A DNA stretch of 64,000 nt from Tubulanus polymorphus (taxonomy: Eukaryota > Animalia > Nemertea): assembly GCF_964204645.1 (NCBI RefSeq), contig NC_134027.1:16152485-16216484 (forward strand), given 5' to 3'. Positions 19,498-31,921 of this stretch are shown one piece after another. A program made the translations under genes and the position numbers. The notes under the pieces were generated by a model. That model saw only the letters and a list, made by a program, of their open reading frames with translations. It made no database searches and was not told the origin of the DNA. Within the stretch, counting starts at the first letter, position 1. Every line of letters begins with the position of its first letter.

Positions 19498-19590
19498 ACC
19501 GCCTCACTACAACAATTAACTCTCACTACTTTTTTACAGGGATAACCCGCTGCCCGTGCACTAGTGGGGTCTCCAAACCTTCGGTTTGGT

Positions 19591-21105
19591 CCCCTAACCT
19601 CTATCTCTAAACCTAACCCTAACCCTAACCATCTAAAACCTTAACCCTAACCCTCTAATCACTAAACCCTAACCCTCTAAACACTAAACCCTAGCCTCTA
19701 AACCCTAACCCTCTAAAACCTAAACCTCTAAACACTAAACCCTAACCCTCTAATCACTAAACCCTAACCCTCTAAAACCTAAACCCCTAACCCCGTAAAC
19801 CCTAAACCCTAACCCTCTAAAACCTAACCCTGTAAACCCTAAACCCTCTAAAACCTAACCCTATAAACACTAAACCCTAACCCTCTAAACACTAAACCCT
19901 CTAAATTCTCTCTAAAACCTTATCCCTAAACCCCCATTGAAACCTAACCCGCTAAACACTAAACCCTAACCCCCTAAACCCTAACCCTCTGAACACTAAA
20001 ACCCGCTAAAATCTAACTCTCTAATCCCTGAACACTAAACCCTAGCCCCCTAAGCCCTAGCCCCCAAAACCCTAACCCTCTAATCACTAAACCCTAACCC
20101 CGTAAACCCTAACCCTCTAAAACCTAACCCCGTAAACCCTAACCCTCTAAACCCTATAAACACTAAACCTCTAAACACTAAACCCTAACCCTCTAATCAC
20201 TAAAACCTAACCCTCTAAACACTAAACCCTAGCCCCCTAAAACCAAACCCTCTAAAACCTAAACCTCTAAACACTAAACCCTAACCTCTAATCATTCAAC
20301 CCTAACCCTCTAAACACTAAATCCTAGCCCCCAAAACCCTAACCCTCTTAAACCTAAACCTCTAAACACTAAACCCTAACTCTCTAAACACTTACCCTCT
20401 GAACACTAAACCCTAACCCTCTTAACACTAAACCCTAGCCCCCTAAACCCTAACCCCTCTAAAACCTAACCCCGTAAACCCTAAACCCAAACCCTCTAAA
20501 ACCTAACCCTATAAACACTAAACCCTAACCCTCTAAACACTAAACCCTAACCCTCTAAACACTAAACCCTAGCCCCCTAAACCCTACCCCTCTAAAACCT
20601 AAACCTCTAAACACTAAACCCTAGCCCCCTAAACCCTAACCCTCTAAAACCTAAACCTCTAAACACTAAACCCTAACCCTCTAAACACTAACCCTCTGAA
20701 CACTAACCCTCTTAACACTAAACCCTAACCCCCTAAACCCTAGCCCCCTAAACCCTAACCCCCTAACCCCGTAAACCCTAAACCCTAAAAACCACTAAAC
20801 CCTAACCCTCTAACTCTCTAAACCCTGAACCCTCTAATTGCTCTCTAACCCTTTGAACACTAAACCCCCTAAACCCTAACCCTCTTAACCCTAACCCTCT
20901 AAACACTAAACCCTAACCCCCTAAACCCTAACCCCTAAACCCTAACCCTCTAAAACCTAAACACTAAACCCCTGAACACTCTAAACCCAAACCCTTTAAA
21001 ACCTAAATCTATAAAATTTAACCCTTTAAAAACTAAACCCTAACCCCGTAAACCCTAACCATATGAAACCTAACGCTCTAAACCCCCAAACACCACTCCT
21101 CTAAT
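19591..21105 (+). repeat. Degenerate interstitial telomere-like array
   Basis: Mosaic of CCCTAA, CCCTAAA, CTCTAAA, CACTAAA, CCCTAG and CCGTAAA units over about 1.5 kb; perfect CCCTAA repeats only at the left edge. Confidence 0.92.
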
Positions 21106-21221
21106 ATAATGGGAAATAAATAGTTCGTTGCTTTGTTTATATAGAATCGCAGACAATAACGCGATTCTTTGCGATCTAATTTTAAAATAAGCTTAGCAGT
21201 CCGGTACTCGTTATATTAAAG

Positions 21222-22823
21222 GTATTTGAAGAAAAAGAACGAAAGTGGATTAAACATGTGTGCGAAACGAAGGGGTGTAGGGAGGGGTACGTCACTATCG
21301 ATGGCAATGAAAAGCTTCATCGGGCAATGTGTGCAGCGGATAGCCAAGTACATTTTGACGATACAAACTCAATCAGAACAATCATAACATGTCAGAATGA
21401 CCCTTCATATGGCGGGAAACACAAACCCTCGTCAAGGTAGGTGTCAGCTCTGATCACTTCAACTCTTACGATGAATTCTCGATGATAGTTTATTTACGGG
21501 CGTAGGCTATAACATGCTCGTACATTTAGGTTGCCCTATCATTGAAAACATCAGCAAAACGTATACCTGTTAATTTAAAGTTACTTAATATCAATAGGTT
21601 CTGTAACGAACATAGACCAATGGAAGAGAAAAAGCTGACAGACAAACCCAATAAAGACGACCATACAAAACGACCTGAAAGACAGACGCGGATTCCATTA
21701 TATCTCAAAGGTACATGAAAATTAACGCTAGGTTTATACTCATAGGGTCAGCGACAATTCAAGATGTTTTTGATTTATATTTTTAATTACAATCTGTTAC
21801 TATTAAAGAATATATTTAAATGTTTGCATGTATATAAATATAAATTCAAGGTTAATTCAATACAACCTAAGAACATATTTAATATTTCAACCCTCTAGTA
21901 ACCCTCTAATGACAATACTAATCCTATGACTTCACTGACCATGTAATGATACTGAACATGTGACACTCTCGAACACAAGAACCCTCTCTTATGCTCCAAC
22001 GCTATTGACAATATAACCCTATTACCTTCCCTGACACAACAACCCTATGATCCTATGACCCTCTCTGACCCTACGTTTAACTATACCCCCAGTATGGTTA
22101 TGGTCAATGTCAGGGATTTACTTTAAACAATGATTCTGACCCTGTAAACAGGGTTTTATTTCTTTCGTTGCGATTCATATAGTAACGAAATCGATATTGT
22201 TTACAGATTATGTACACGATGTTAAACGTGCGCGAAATATGTTACTTGTGGATGAATCCGTCGCTGAATTAGGATGCAAAGATAGAGTACAGAAATTGAA
22301 TAAGTTTTACTCTACTACTGCCGGTATGTTTGCTGCGATAAAACCTTGTGGAATCGTCGTCAGAATGGTTGAGATGTTTTCGCATGAAAGTATAACACAG
22401 GCTTTCCTTTTCTTACATGAAACATATGTGAGAAATGGATATAAAGATTACTTGAGATACGTCGGTTATGATCGTTGCTGTGAGTTGCATCCATTTTTGT
22501 GCCGACTAGCCAAAGACGGTGTTGTTGAAGCATCCGAATTGTTGGAGAACACCAAGTTTTTGGTGGATATTTTCCATGTTGTGAAACACACGAAGCCTAC
22601 ATGCATGCCTCTCGATGGGCCTCAATGTAAATACCATCCTAATTTAGATGCATTTCAAGATATCGCCGGCACGAATACAGAAAGTTGCGAACAGGGTTTC
22701 GTTCGATTGAATCGATACAAAGCGGCAACTAGATACATGACCAGGAATAAAAGGAAATTATTTTTCAACTTGATTAATAATGACTTTACCGAGAGACTTG
22801 AAAAAAGATTAAAACTTGTATAA
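21222..22823 (+). pseudogene. KDZ (Kyakuja-Dileera-Zisupton)-type transposase with CxC6-like cluster; 3' exons only
   Basis: Phase-compatible exons 21222-21436, 21598-21710, 22207-22823; motifs HVCETKGC, TIDGNEKLHRAMCA, RFCNEH, KPCGIV, HESIT, YDRCC, VDIFHVVKH, NTESCEQGF. No start exon found. Confidence 0.78.
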
Positions 22824-23448
22824 AACATGTGTAAAACGCGTTTCACACCGTATGTTTATTACTTTTCTAAACTGATAAAGATATTAGTATAAACGAGGAG
22901 ATTTTTCTAAGCTTTTGGCTACATATTCCAATGGTCGTTTTATTGAAGCTTGAGACCTGAAATTTGATAGAAAAATGTTGTATTATACAGAACTAGTAAC
23001 ATGTTATGTTATGTTGTAATCACAGCAATGAGATTTGCTCATTATAGGTTATTTTAGCTGATGTTTGTCTCATTTCAGCCCAACATTAATGAAGGAGTTG
23101 ATACCCGGCATTACTTTTTCCGAATCCTTATAGTTTCTGAAATATTGAACTGTAAACTGTCTAATAGGGGGGGGGGGGGGGGGGGTTACAAAGCTAATCC
23201 CGCTAAAACCAATTTCAAACGTCTTCTCTGGGATTAAAGATGTAGTTGACACGAAAATAGATGTGAATATAAACTTAAATCATAGCTCCAATGAAAATAT
23301 ATATATTCCCATTGTAATGTTACGATGTAAATAAGGATATACTTTTGAGATATTTTCAAGAAATGGTAAGTGGATAAGTAACTTCAGTTTAAATTCTAAT
23401 GTGTACCGGTAATTATATTCGGATGGGCAAATATATAAACAGATACAC

Positions 23449-26400
23449 TTACTGTTGTTCCAAAGGCACTTTTGATGCTGACAAGCTGTTAACATACTCT
23501 GATCTTGTCACTTTCAACGAAGTTAACATCTCATCTTCTATGTTTTCCGTTTTGAGAAAACTTATCTGAAAAGAGATCAATCATAATTGTATATCAATAT
23601 ATATGTACAGAGAGGAATGAAAGGGTCATAAATATTTTAATGGACCCATGTATACAAATATATTGTGTTTGTATATCACGCGACAAACTGAAAGAATATT
23701 TTTTGCCTAGAACTAAGAATTGTTTAAAATGCCTACCTTATCAGTAGCAATGTTTATGGTGCCGGCATTTCGGTTCTCAAGCATTTGGAATATTTCTTTA
23801 ATCTTATTCTTCCCCCCATTTACTTTGAATGCCGACTTCTTTTGCATCGCACTCATGATTACCTCTCTCCCTTGATTTAATATGACAATTTTCATGAGTC
23901 GTTGGTTCGTTTCGGTGATACCTTTAGTAAAACAATATTTAGATAATTGTTTGACGTATACGAAATAGTCGATGCGTGTACAAATGAAAAGCAAAAAAAC
24001 AAAATCTGGATTTTCCCGGAAAACTCAATCTAAAAATCTTATAATCTTTCTATTATGAGACCAAAAATGAAAAATAGTGGTTTTTCTCGGGAAATGCACA
24101 TCTTTATATCCCTCTAGTTATCATATAGGCCTATAGCTCCCATTTTATGTTGCGGTACCGTGGAATTCCGCGTAAACATAATTATTCTAACATAATTATT
24201 TTTATCAAGACATTATATTAGGACGACTGTCGAAATTAATTTTTGCTTTTATTCAAAAGCCGATAAGGCTAGCCTGTATACCTATATACCTGTACAAATA
24301 TAACATATTTTACATTATTCTACCGATTGATAATCTATTAGTGAAAGTTACACTTTTACCATTAATCTAGTAGTTTAAAAAAACAACAAATACGTGCGTT
24401 TTCATAATTGATAATCATTTACCATCGTATGTTTTACAGTCATTTTTAATAATGAAGCTTCAATTTGTACAACCTACTACGCTTCTTCAATTACACAAAA
24501 TCTACTCCGGAATGAAGGCCAGTATACGCCAAACGTGATTTAAGTTCAGGACACTGTTACAGGATCCGATTGACCGATTGCCCGGGATAAGCATATTCTC
24601 AATAAGGCAAGTTAGTGTCAATAGTTCTATCGATTAGGACGAGGTACCTTTTCTACAGCCAGGGTTTGATGTAGCCTACGTCTTAAATTTTTTGACCGTC
24701 CATGTGGAGTAGTCCCGAGTGCATCGTCGACATAATGTTACATCACTCAGAAAAGTCCAAGGTGACTTGTGAGGAACTGTTATTGCGTTTATCTAAGTAA
24801 CGTATCTTACCATCCGGGATTAAGACTGGCGGCGAATCATTTTCCATTCCCACCACAGTCGCGACATGGTCAATGCATAGCGAAACAATTTCTACCGAAG
24901 CCCTGATCACTTCCGATCTGATTGTGTTCCTCTCGTGATCAAGCTGTTCATCATCACCGTCATAGAAGATGTTGAATAGTAGTTGTATCGCTGGGCAAAG
25001 ACGAAGTACCTGTCCCTTGCCTTTTGAGTAAAGCGCTGTTAATATGAAAGCAATATCAAATTAATTTTTCTTTAATGATTTTGTGGTAATATGTTAAACC
25101 GTAAAGTATGATCAATATTCAAATCGTATAGAACACTTGCTGATTAATTTGCTATGACATTATCATTTGCAAGTAGGTGAATTTGTTATTTTCTTTGTTT
25201 TCAACAGCTGGAAATACCTGAAGACTTGAAAGTACTCCTCGCTACTAAAATATAACTATAATATAATTTATTAGATTTAAACTCACCACTTAGCAGGTTG
25301 TTGGCCAAACAATTCGATTTCAATTTTTGTTGAAATTTATCATAAATGTCCGAAACTTCGTTATCTGTATCTGTGTCTATTCTGTACAAGGTCACATCAT
25401 TGTCACCGTTGTGCAGTACTTGTTTACTGAATGCCTCGCCTACATTTAGTGAAACATTTATAAATCAAAAATTTGAAAAATATAGGAGGTACTTTTTAGG
25501 ACTAGAATAAAAACATATAATGATCTTAATAAAAAACAAATTTTTTATTTTCAATACGTAAAAATACACTTCCAAGTAAAGAGTTAATTTAGAATTTTCA
25601 AAAAATATAATGAAAACTAATTGAACTATTACAACGATTTAGCAATTCACGATATTCCGCTCCAAAACACGTTTTGTGCGATGAGGAACAAGTGACCAAC
25701 ATCAGTCACGAATCAGAACATTAAACTGACCCGTTTCCCGTCTACATAGCAACATTTCATAAAACCGGCAACTATCTATTTACTTACATAAACGCTCAAT
25801 GAAGACATCTCCGGTATCATCGTCCGTACACTTTAAATCTTCGAATGTGTTGAATTTCGGCTTAGGAAATAACCAAAGAAATCTTGATGTGAGACCTTTG
25901 TCAATATTTTGCTTCTCCGTTATTAATGAATATGCCGTACTTGGCTGTGTCATCCCAAATATCGATAGGCCGGTGGTTTCCATTGTAAAATTAGCTTTTT
26001 CACCAACTGTAAAATAGATACCGGCATTATTATCTTTTATGTTGAGCATGTTTATGTTAAAAATGAGAATTTCTAACAATACAACCGGTGGGTGTCTACA
26101 AAATTGGCGTAGCCAATGTTCTTGTTGTTAGTAAATTTTGTGTATCAATAGACAAATGGTTACTAGTGGGCTCATGTGTTTTGATTATGTTCAATGACTT
26201 TAATAGGTGGCAGCTTCCCTGGCCTGGACACTGAGAGGTGACGACTATTGACTTGTTGCCGCGATCTGGACTGGTCCGGACACAAGTATGATTTAACTTT
26301 TATATGGTTTATCTTATTTATTGAATTGAACCTGCAGTGAATAGGCTTAAATTATTTGGATGAATCCAGAAATGACCTTACCCGTTTTCCTTGTCCAGGA

Positions 26401-27776
26401 ATTACCGTTATACATTTGTAATATTCTTGAAAATTCGTTTGTTTCTAACAATCCCTTGCTTCCGCTGTATATATTTATTTGCGTTAAGAAATTTGTTAAT
26501 TCATCTTGTAGGGCAAATGCTTTTCCGTTGTTTTCGGCCATCAAGGCGCCCATTTTTTCAAAACTTTGATCGTCTAATGTCCAGATAACAGATTTAACGT
26601 CTGGTCTTGACTCTTCCACCTTGTTTTTGATCATTTTTAGTACTTTACTCATCAGCCTATACACTGTTGACTTCCCTGACCCAGTCGGGGTGCAAACGGC
26701 AAGCCAGTTGATAGCCGGTTCTTCCCACATGGTGTTTGAAACTTTGACGATCGCGTTACTACATATATATGATGATATGCCTAATAACCCAAAAAGTACT
26801 GACGAATCGGGTACGTTCATCTTATCTGCAAGAAATTTACAACCCTGCAACAAAATAAAATAGAATCATTTTTTTAGAATTACTTTTTGTTATAGGCCTA
26901 GGCCTATAATGAAATGAACTTCATAAAATATTATTCTAATACTGTTATACTTTGTTCAGAGGTTAGGGCTCAACCGCATTCCTAAATTCACGAGAAAAAG
27001 GTTAAATATTCATTGACTTGAATATGGAAGAAATGTATCTTTTTATGATTTATACCCTAGAAATTTATTGCTCAATTTCTTGTAAATTATATCCTAGCTA
27101 TTCAATGACAAGGGTTAAATTTTCAAATTCCTGGAGCGGGGTGTTTTTGAGTCATGCAGGGCATGTTTTTGAGAAAAATTATAGGTTACCAGGGCTGTTA
27201 GGAAGTCTACTGACTAAAAAATCTAATCAATAATTAGGCCTAGACCTAGCCTTAGATCTATAGGCCAACCATGTTGACGATATTAATGATGACTATTTCC
27301 GCGATTTAAATTATTGTTGTTATGAAATAGGCTTAGCCTAACTAGAAAACCGAAGAATAATTTTGTATGAAATAATGGTAATCTCTTTGACGCGACGGGT
27401 AATACAGGCGGACTCTGTGTTGGTATAAACAGACAAATAAGAGGCCTCTACAGGGACACATTTACGTCATTTCAAACGGTGAAATGGTTAACGACTTCCA
27501 CTACATATTTATTAAATAGACCTATTCCAACTGCATAATGTAGACAATAGTGCGGCATACATAGCCATTGAGCTATATATCCATACGATGCAAGGAAATA
27601 GCATATGTTATGGAAAAGGTGCATGAATTACGAATTAATTCTGTTGCTAAATGCAGGCCTTAAGTATTTGATATGGTTGGCTAAAGTTTACTTACCTCTT
27701 CCAGCTTCGTTGGGAAAACATTCCAGCGTATTTCTTTCTCCCAACATTTATTTAAATAAGCTAATCTAGATTCCAT
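23449..27776 (-). CDS. Multi-exon DUF3987/YfjI-like P-loop NTPase
   Basis: Exons 27776-27696 (MESRLAY...), 26844-26382 (WEEP...PTGSGKS, QDEL, YNG..W.RKT), 26006-25788 (GMTQP, GLTSRFLW), 25439-25287, 25035-24811 (KGKGQVLRL), then less certain exons near 23735-23940 and 23449-23566. Confidence 0.75.
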
Positions 27777-27919
27777 GTTGAAATGATTGAATGGGATCAG
27801 CTTTTTATGTTTTGATGATAAAAGTCGTTGTGTTACTACGCAACAAATGACTGTTCCCTAAATAAATTAGTTAATTTCCGTGGTAACGGATCAAAATCCT
27901 TATAACATTATTCACTGTA

Positions 27920-28352
27920 CACGATTTTTGGAATGAGATTTCCAGAAATTTCCAGAAAAATCCGGAATTTATTTTCCGGAATTCCATTTGACCCCCCCCC
28001 TGCGATAATGAGATTTCTAGAATTTTCCGGAAATTTCTGGAATTATTTGTTTAAATTGTAACACCACGATTTTTGGAATGAGATTTCCGGAAATTTCCAG
28101 AAAAATCTGGAATTTATTTTCCGGAATTCCATTTGACCCCCCCTCCCTGCGATAATGAGATTTCTAGAATTTTCCGGAAATTTCTGGAATTATTTGTTTA
28201 AATTGTAACACCACGATTTTTGGAATGAGATTTCCGGAAATTTCCAGAAAAATCCGGAATTTATTTTCCGGAATTCCAAGTGACCCCCCCCCTGCGATAA
28301 TGAGATTTCTAGAATTTTCCGGAAAATTCTGGAATTATTTGTTTAAATTGTA
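27920..28352 (+). repeat. ~146-bp tandem repeat x3, rich in TTCCGGAA palindromes
   Basis: Units start CACGATTTTTGGAATGAG at 27920, 28065 and 28212. Confidence 0.92.
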
Positions 28353-31300
28353 AGACCCCTCCTTAGATTTTTCCGGAAATTTCTAAATGATTCCGGAAAT
28401 TGAGAGAATGTCAGAAACCGCACCATTATGCACGATCGTCATCGGTGTCATCACCAACATCGGAGGGAAAGGGTTCTTCGTCTTCAACTTCAGATCCTGT
28501 TTCAGTGACAGTAAATAAATCCATTTCTGTTTCACGAAGAAACGACATGAAAATGGCAATAAGCGAATACATCAATTTCCAGCATTAATTCCACGATACT
28601 GTCCCAGAGAGACTCTACGTACAGAACTGAAAGATACAAACAGTAAAAAGTCTCTAAATCTACATGCAACTCGATGGTGCTGCCATCTGCAAAATATGCG
28701 AACTAAAAGTTTACTTTGAGATGCACTGCTCAAAAGCATCTTAAATTATCTTTTTAAATCAAACTAATACAAGAGTGACAACATTAAGGTTCAAACTAAC
28801 AAAGCAATTGCTTACCGAAACATTTCAACCACAAATAACGAGTCCACACGTTGAAATCTAACCCGGATCTTCGAATGCTCATCGCGTTGCGAAAACGAGC
28901 TAATTACCGCAGTAAACCGATTCTTCTCCGAAACGATGCGGAGCAATTTGACAATAACAATCACATTTTGCCACATGTCATAATATTTTCACAAGAATGA
29001 TTTAAAACAACGTATTTTAAAACGAATGAACTTTATTTTGATTCTTGTAACAAATTAAGAAGCTGCTCTCCTACTACGAAATAATCGTGCGCCATGCGTA
29101 GATAAAATCAATAACACAGCTCCTACTACGAAATATGCGTGCGCCATGCGTAGATAAAATCAATAACACAGCTACTCTCATACACACACACACATACACA
29201 GCGCTGTTTATCGCCTGACCCACGTACACAGTATATATAGCGACGCACTCATCCACCGCGCGCGTGCATATAAATTCTCCACCTATTCAATTCTGTTCTA
29301 CCAAGTCATCATATTGTGTTACAACGCGCTGGCGGGTGGAAAATCGGACATCGCCGAAAAAGGAAAAAAAATCGGAATTTTGTATACCCGATCGTATCGT
29401 CGGAATTTCTTCACGCAAATCGGGAGGATTCCGAATAATTCGGGAGGGTTGGCAGCCCTAAATCTATGAAAAAGTAGGAAATTATTTTGCCCTAGTAATA
29501 AAGTGGGCTAATTTAAGCAATTAAACATCGACTTTATCCTAAAGATTTTACAACGATTCCAAAAATGTACTTGGTGAGGTTGAATGGTAAATCCGTTACA
29601 GGATCTCAAACAATGGAACGATGAACTATTTTTCAAATTGTACATTTTGTCTTTAATAGTTATCTTTGATACTTGATTTCAAATGTTTGTAGTAACCCAA
29701 AGAATTCCATTGCAATATTCTTTGAGCAATAAACAAGAGACAAACAACTATCTACCTTAATTTCTGAACCTTATTACCCATAGTGGTATCCTACCACATT
29801 TCAGAAGGTGAATTCTTCATTTCTATAAAAATGTAATTTAAACAATTTAAACCTGAGAGCTGGACTATTTAATGGCTCAAGACATGCCTAAGGGTTTGTG
29901 GAATATACAGACACACACTCAATGAGATAGTGAACTGATGTCAGGTACCTTCGCTGGCACAACAATTATTATACTTAAAATCAAGCGAGCTCCGTTGCAC
30001 TATTTAAAATTCAAAGAACCCAGGAAGAAAGACACTAAATATTTGGATGGATATATGAAAGCTGTGGGTACTGGTGTGTAATGGGTAGTGTAGTGTGATC
30101 TGTGTGCATTTGTGGCCAGCACATAGATCACATTGTTAACTGGGGTTTGGTCCAGGGCTCGCGAGATTTTCAACAACACGGAAGTAACGTGTAATAAATG
30201 ATGACTTGAATTGCATGACTACCTACCACCCCTCATTATTGTTGGAAAACTAAACGTTCCGCACTGACTACAAATTAGTAATAACATTTTAGAAATGGCC
30301 AGAATTTTAACTTAGGTTCTATCTCATTTTTATTTTACGATTGGGATTGGTATAATTTTTTTCAACGGCCGTTAAGGCTTCATGTTTCGTCTGCAATTCA
30401 CTGCAAATAGTTACGCAACTACGCACATTTCAGTGTTTTTGGCAGCTGTACACTCAATCGGCACCGTTCGTGACTAGCTTCACTGCGGAATTATCATTAA
30501 TTTACATCGCCATTTCACATCATCAACTTATATTGTGCCTTAGAACCCTAACAGCCGAAATAATTGAAATGCACACACGATTTCTATCAGTGAAAATTGA
30601 GAGAGTGGCCAATCCCGGGCGGAGTGGGGCCGATACGTCCAGTACCCGTATGATTAGCTTATTGCATTGCGACAAACGAATCAATGGGCCATATAAGGCC
30701 ACATTTTTGGCAAAATAATGTATGCATAACTTTGTTTACAGCGAGGTTCTGAATGAATATTTTATATACCCATTAATAATAGTCATAGATCATTATTGAT
30801 GTTTCATTTATATTTTTATCTCCTGCAGTTTACACAGTTCAGACTTCATATGCAAGTAATAGATATAAACGATCTAACTTGCAGAAATGCTTAGCTCCAA
30901 AATGCTGATTTGTCAAATATTAGACGACGTAAATAATCCATAATCGAACTCATTCGAGATATTATATTTAAGTACTTAACTAATTAAAAACTCCTTTCAA
31001 TGTGGACTGTAGAATGTATTGGGATCCAGACATGAAGATAGCGAGGACCAAGTTAGGTACAAAATGTACCATAACTGCATCTTTAGGTCCTGACATGACA
31101 GTGGTCTAAATCGTGTATTTACTCAGTCATTTACTCATTATTTAACGCATACTACATCATTTATTTCAACTATTACAAATTCATCAATGAGGTTTCAAGA
31201 TATATGCATGGATAATAATATCTTCCTAAATGTAAAAGGTAAAAGTGACCTGTGCGTTGGTAAGCTCACAGGAACATCGCATTTTCTTTGTTCGAAATGA

Positions 31301-31603
31301 ATTCAAATGAATTTCTCCCCAAGGTAGGAAACACACCACAAGTGGTAAGAACAATATTTTCCTCAACCAATAGCAAGAAATATTTTAATACAATTGCGTA
31401 CGTAGATACTATTTTTCAGCTTTATTGAACCAGCCAAAATCCCGCGAAAATGTGGCCCAGGTCCACCCTCCCCTGGTGGGGATACGAACCTGATGGAACC
31501 GAGACTGCCACTGCGCCGAATACTGTCTAATTAGAACTTTACTGGCCAATAAGAAATCTGGTTTCACTTTTTCCAGGTATTTTCGTATATCCATGTATTT
31601 TTC

Positions 31604-31921
31604 CTAAGCGACCATATAAACCTGTCCATGTACCTGTGCATTCGGGCTTATGTCGCAGGGTTTAATGATGGGGCTGAGTCTAGCGATGCTATCAGGTCCG
31701 CACCCCTGCCAAGGGAGAATAGCCAGACACAGGGCGGAGTCAAATTTTGGCCCCACATAATTGAGAGTACATTCACATCTAAATCCCTCATTCGTCGAAA
31801 ACGATGCCGTTGCAAGCAATGTGAGTCCATTCCAGCTTGTTTCATTTTGGTATGTCTCAATACGTTGCCTAATCAGTTGCCCTAGATCATCATATAGAAT
31901 TGAAGACGAACAACATCCCAT
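31604..31921 (-). other. Possible small ORF or pseudogene with N-terminal MGCCSS
   Basis: 105-aa ORF with a myristoylation/palmitoylation-like start in locally higher-GC DNA; family not recognised. Confidence 0.25.

Larger units (their letters stand above)
11440..19618 (+). mobile_element. Penelope-like retroelement (Neptune-type, endonuclease-positive), partial tandem of a 6348-bp unit
   Basis: 11440-13270 repeats 17788-19618 (offset 6348; identical translated ORFs in both copies); RT plus C-terminal GIY-YIG; hammerhead motif; telomeric repeats on both flanks. Confidence 0.95.

Noticed and set aside
15524-19610. Overlapping and antisense ORFs within the Penelope element
   Set aside because: Shadow frames of GC-rich coding DNA with no recognisable motifs.
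19591-21105. A functional chromosome end
   Set aside because: The array is degenerate and flanked by complex sequence on both sides. Misassembly cannot be excluded without reads.
23166-23185. Poly-G run as a functional G-quadruplex
   Set aside because: Isolated homopolymer of unreliable length with no supporting context.
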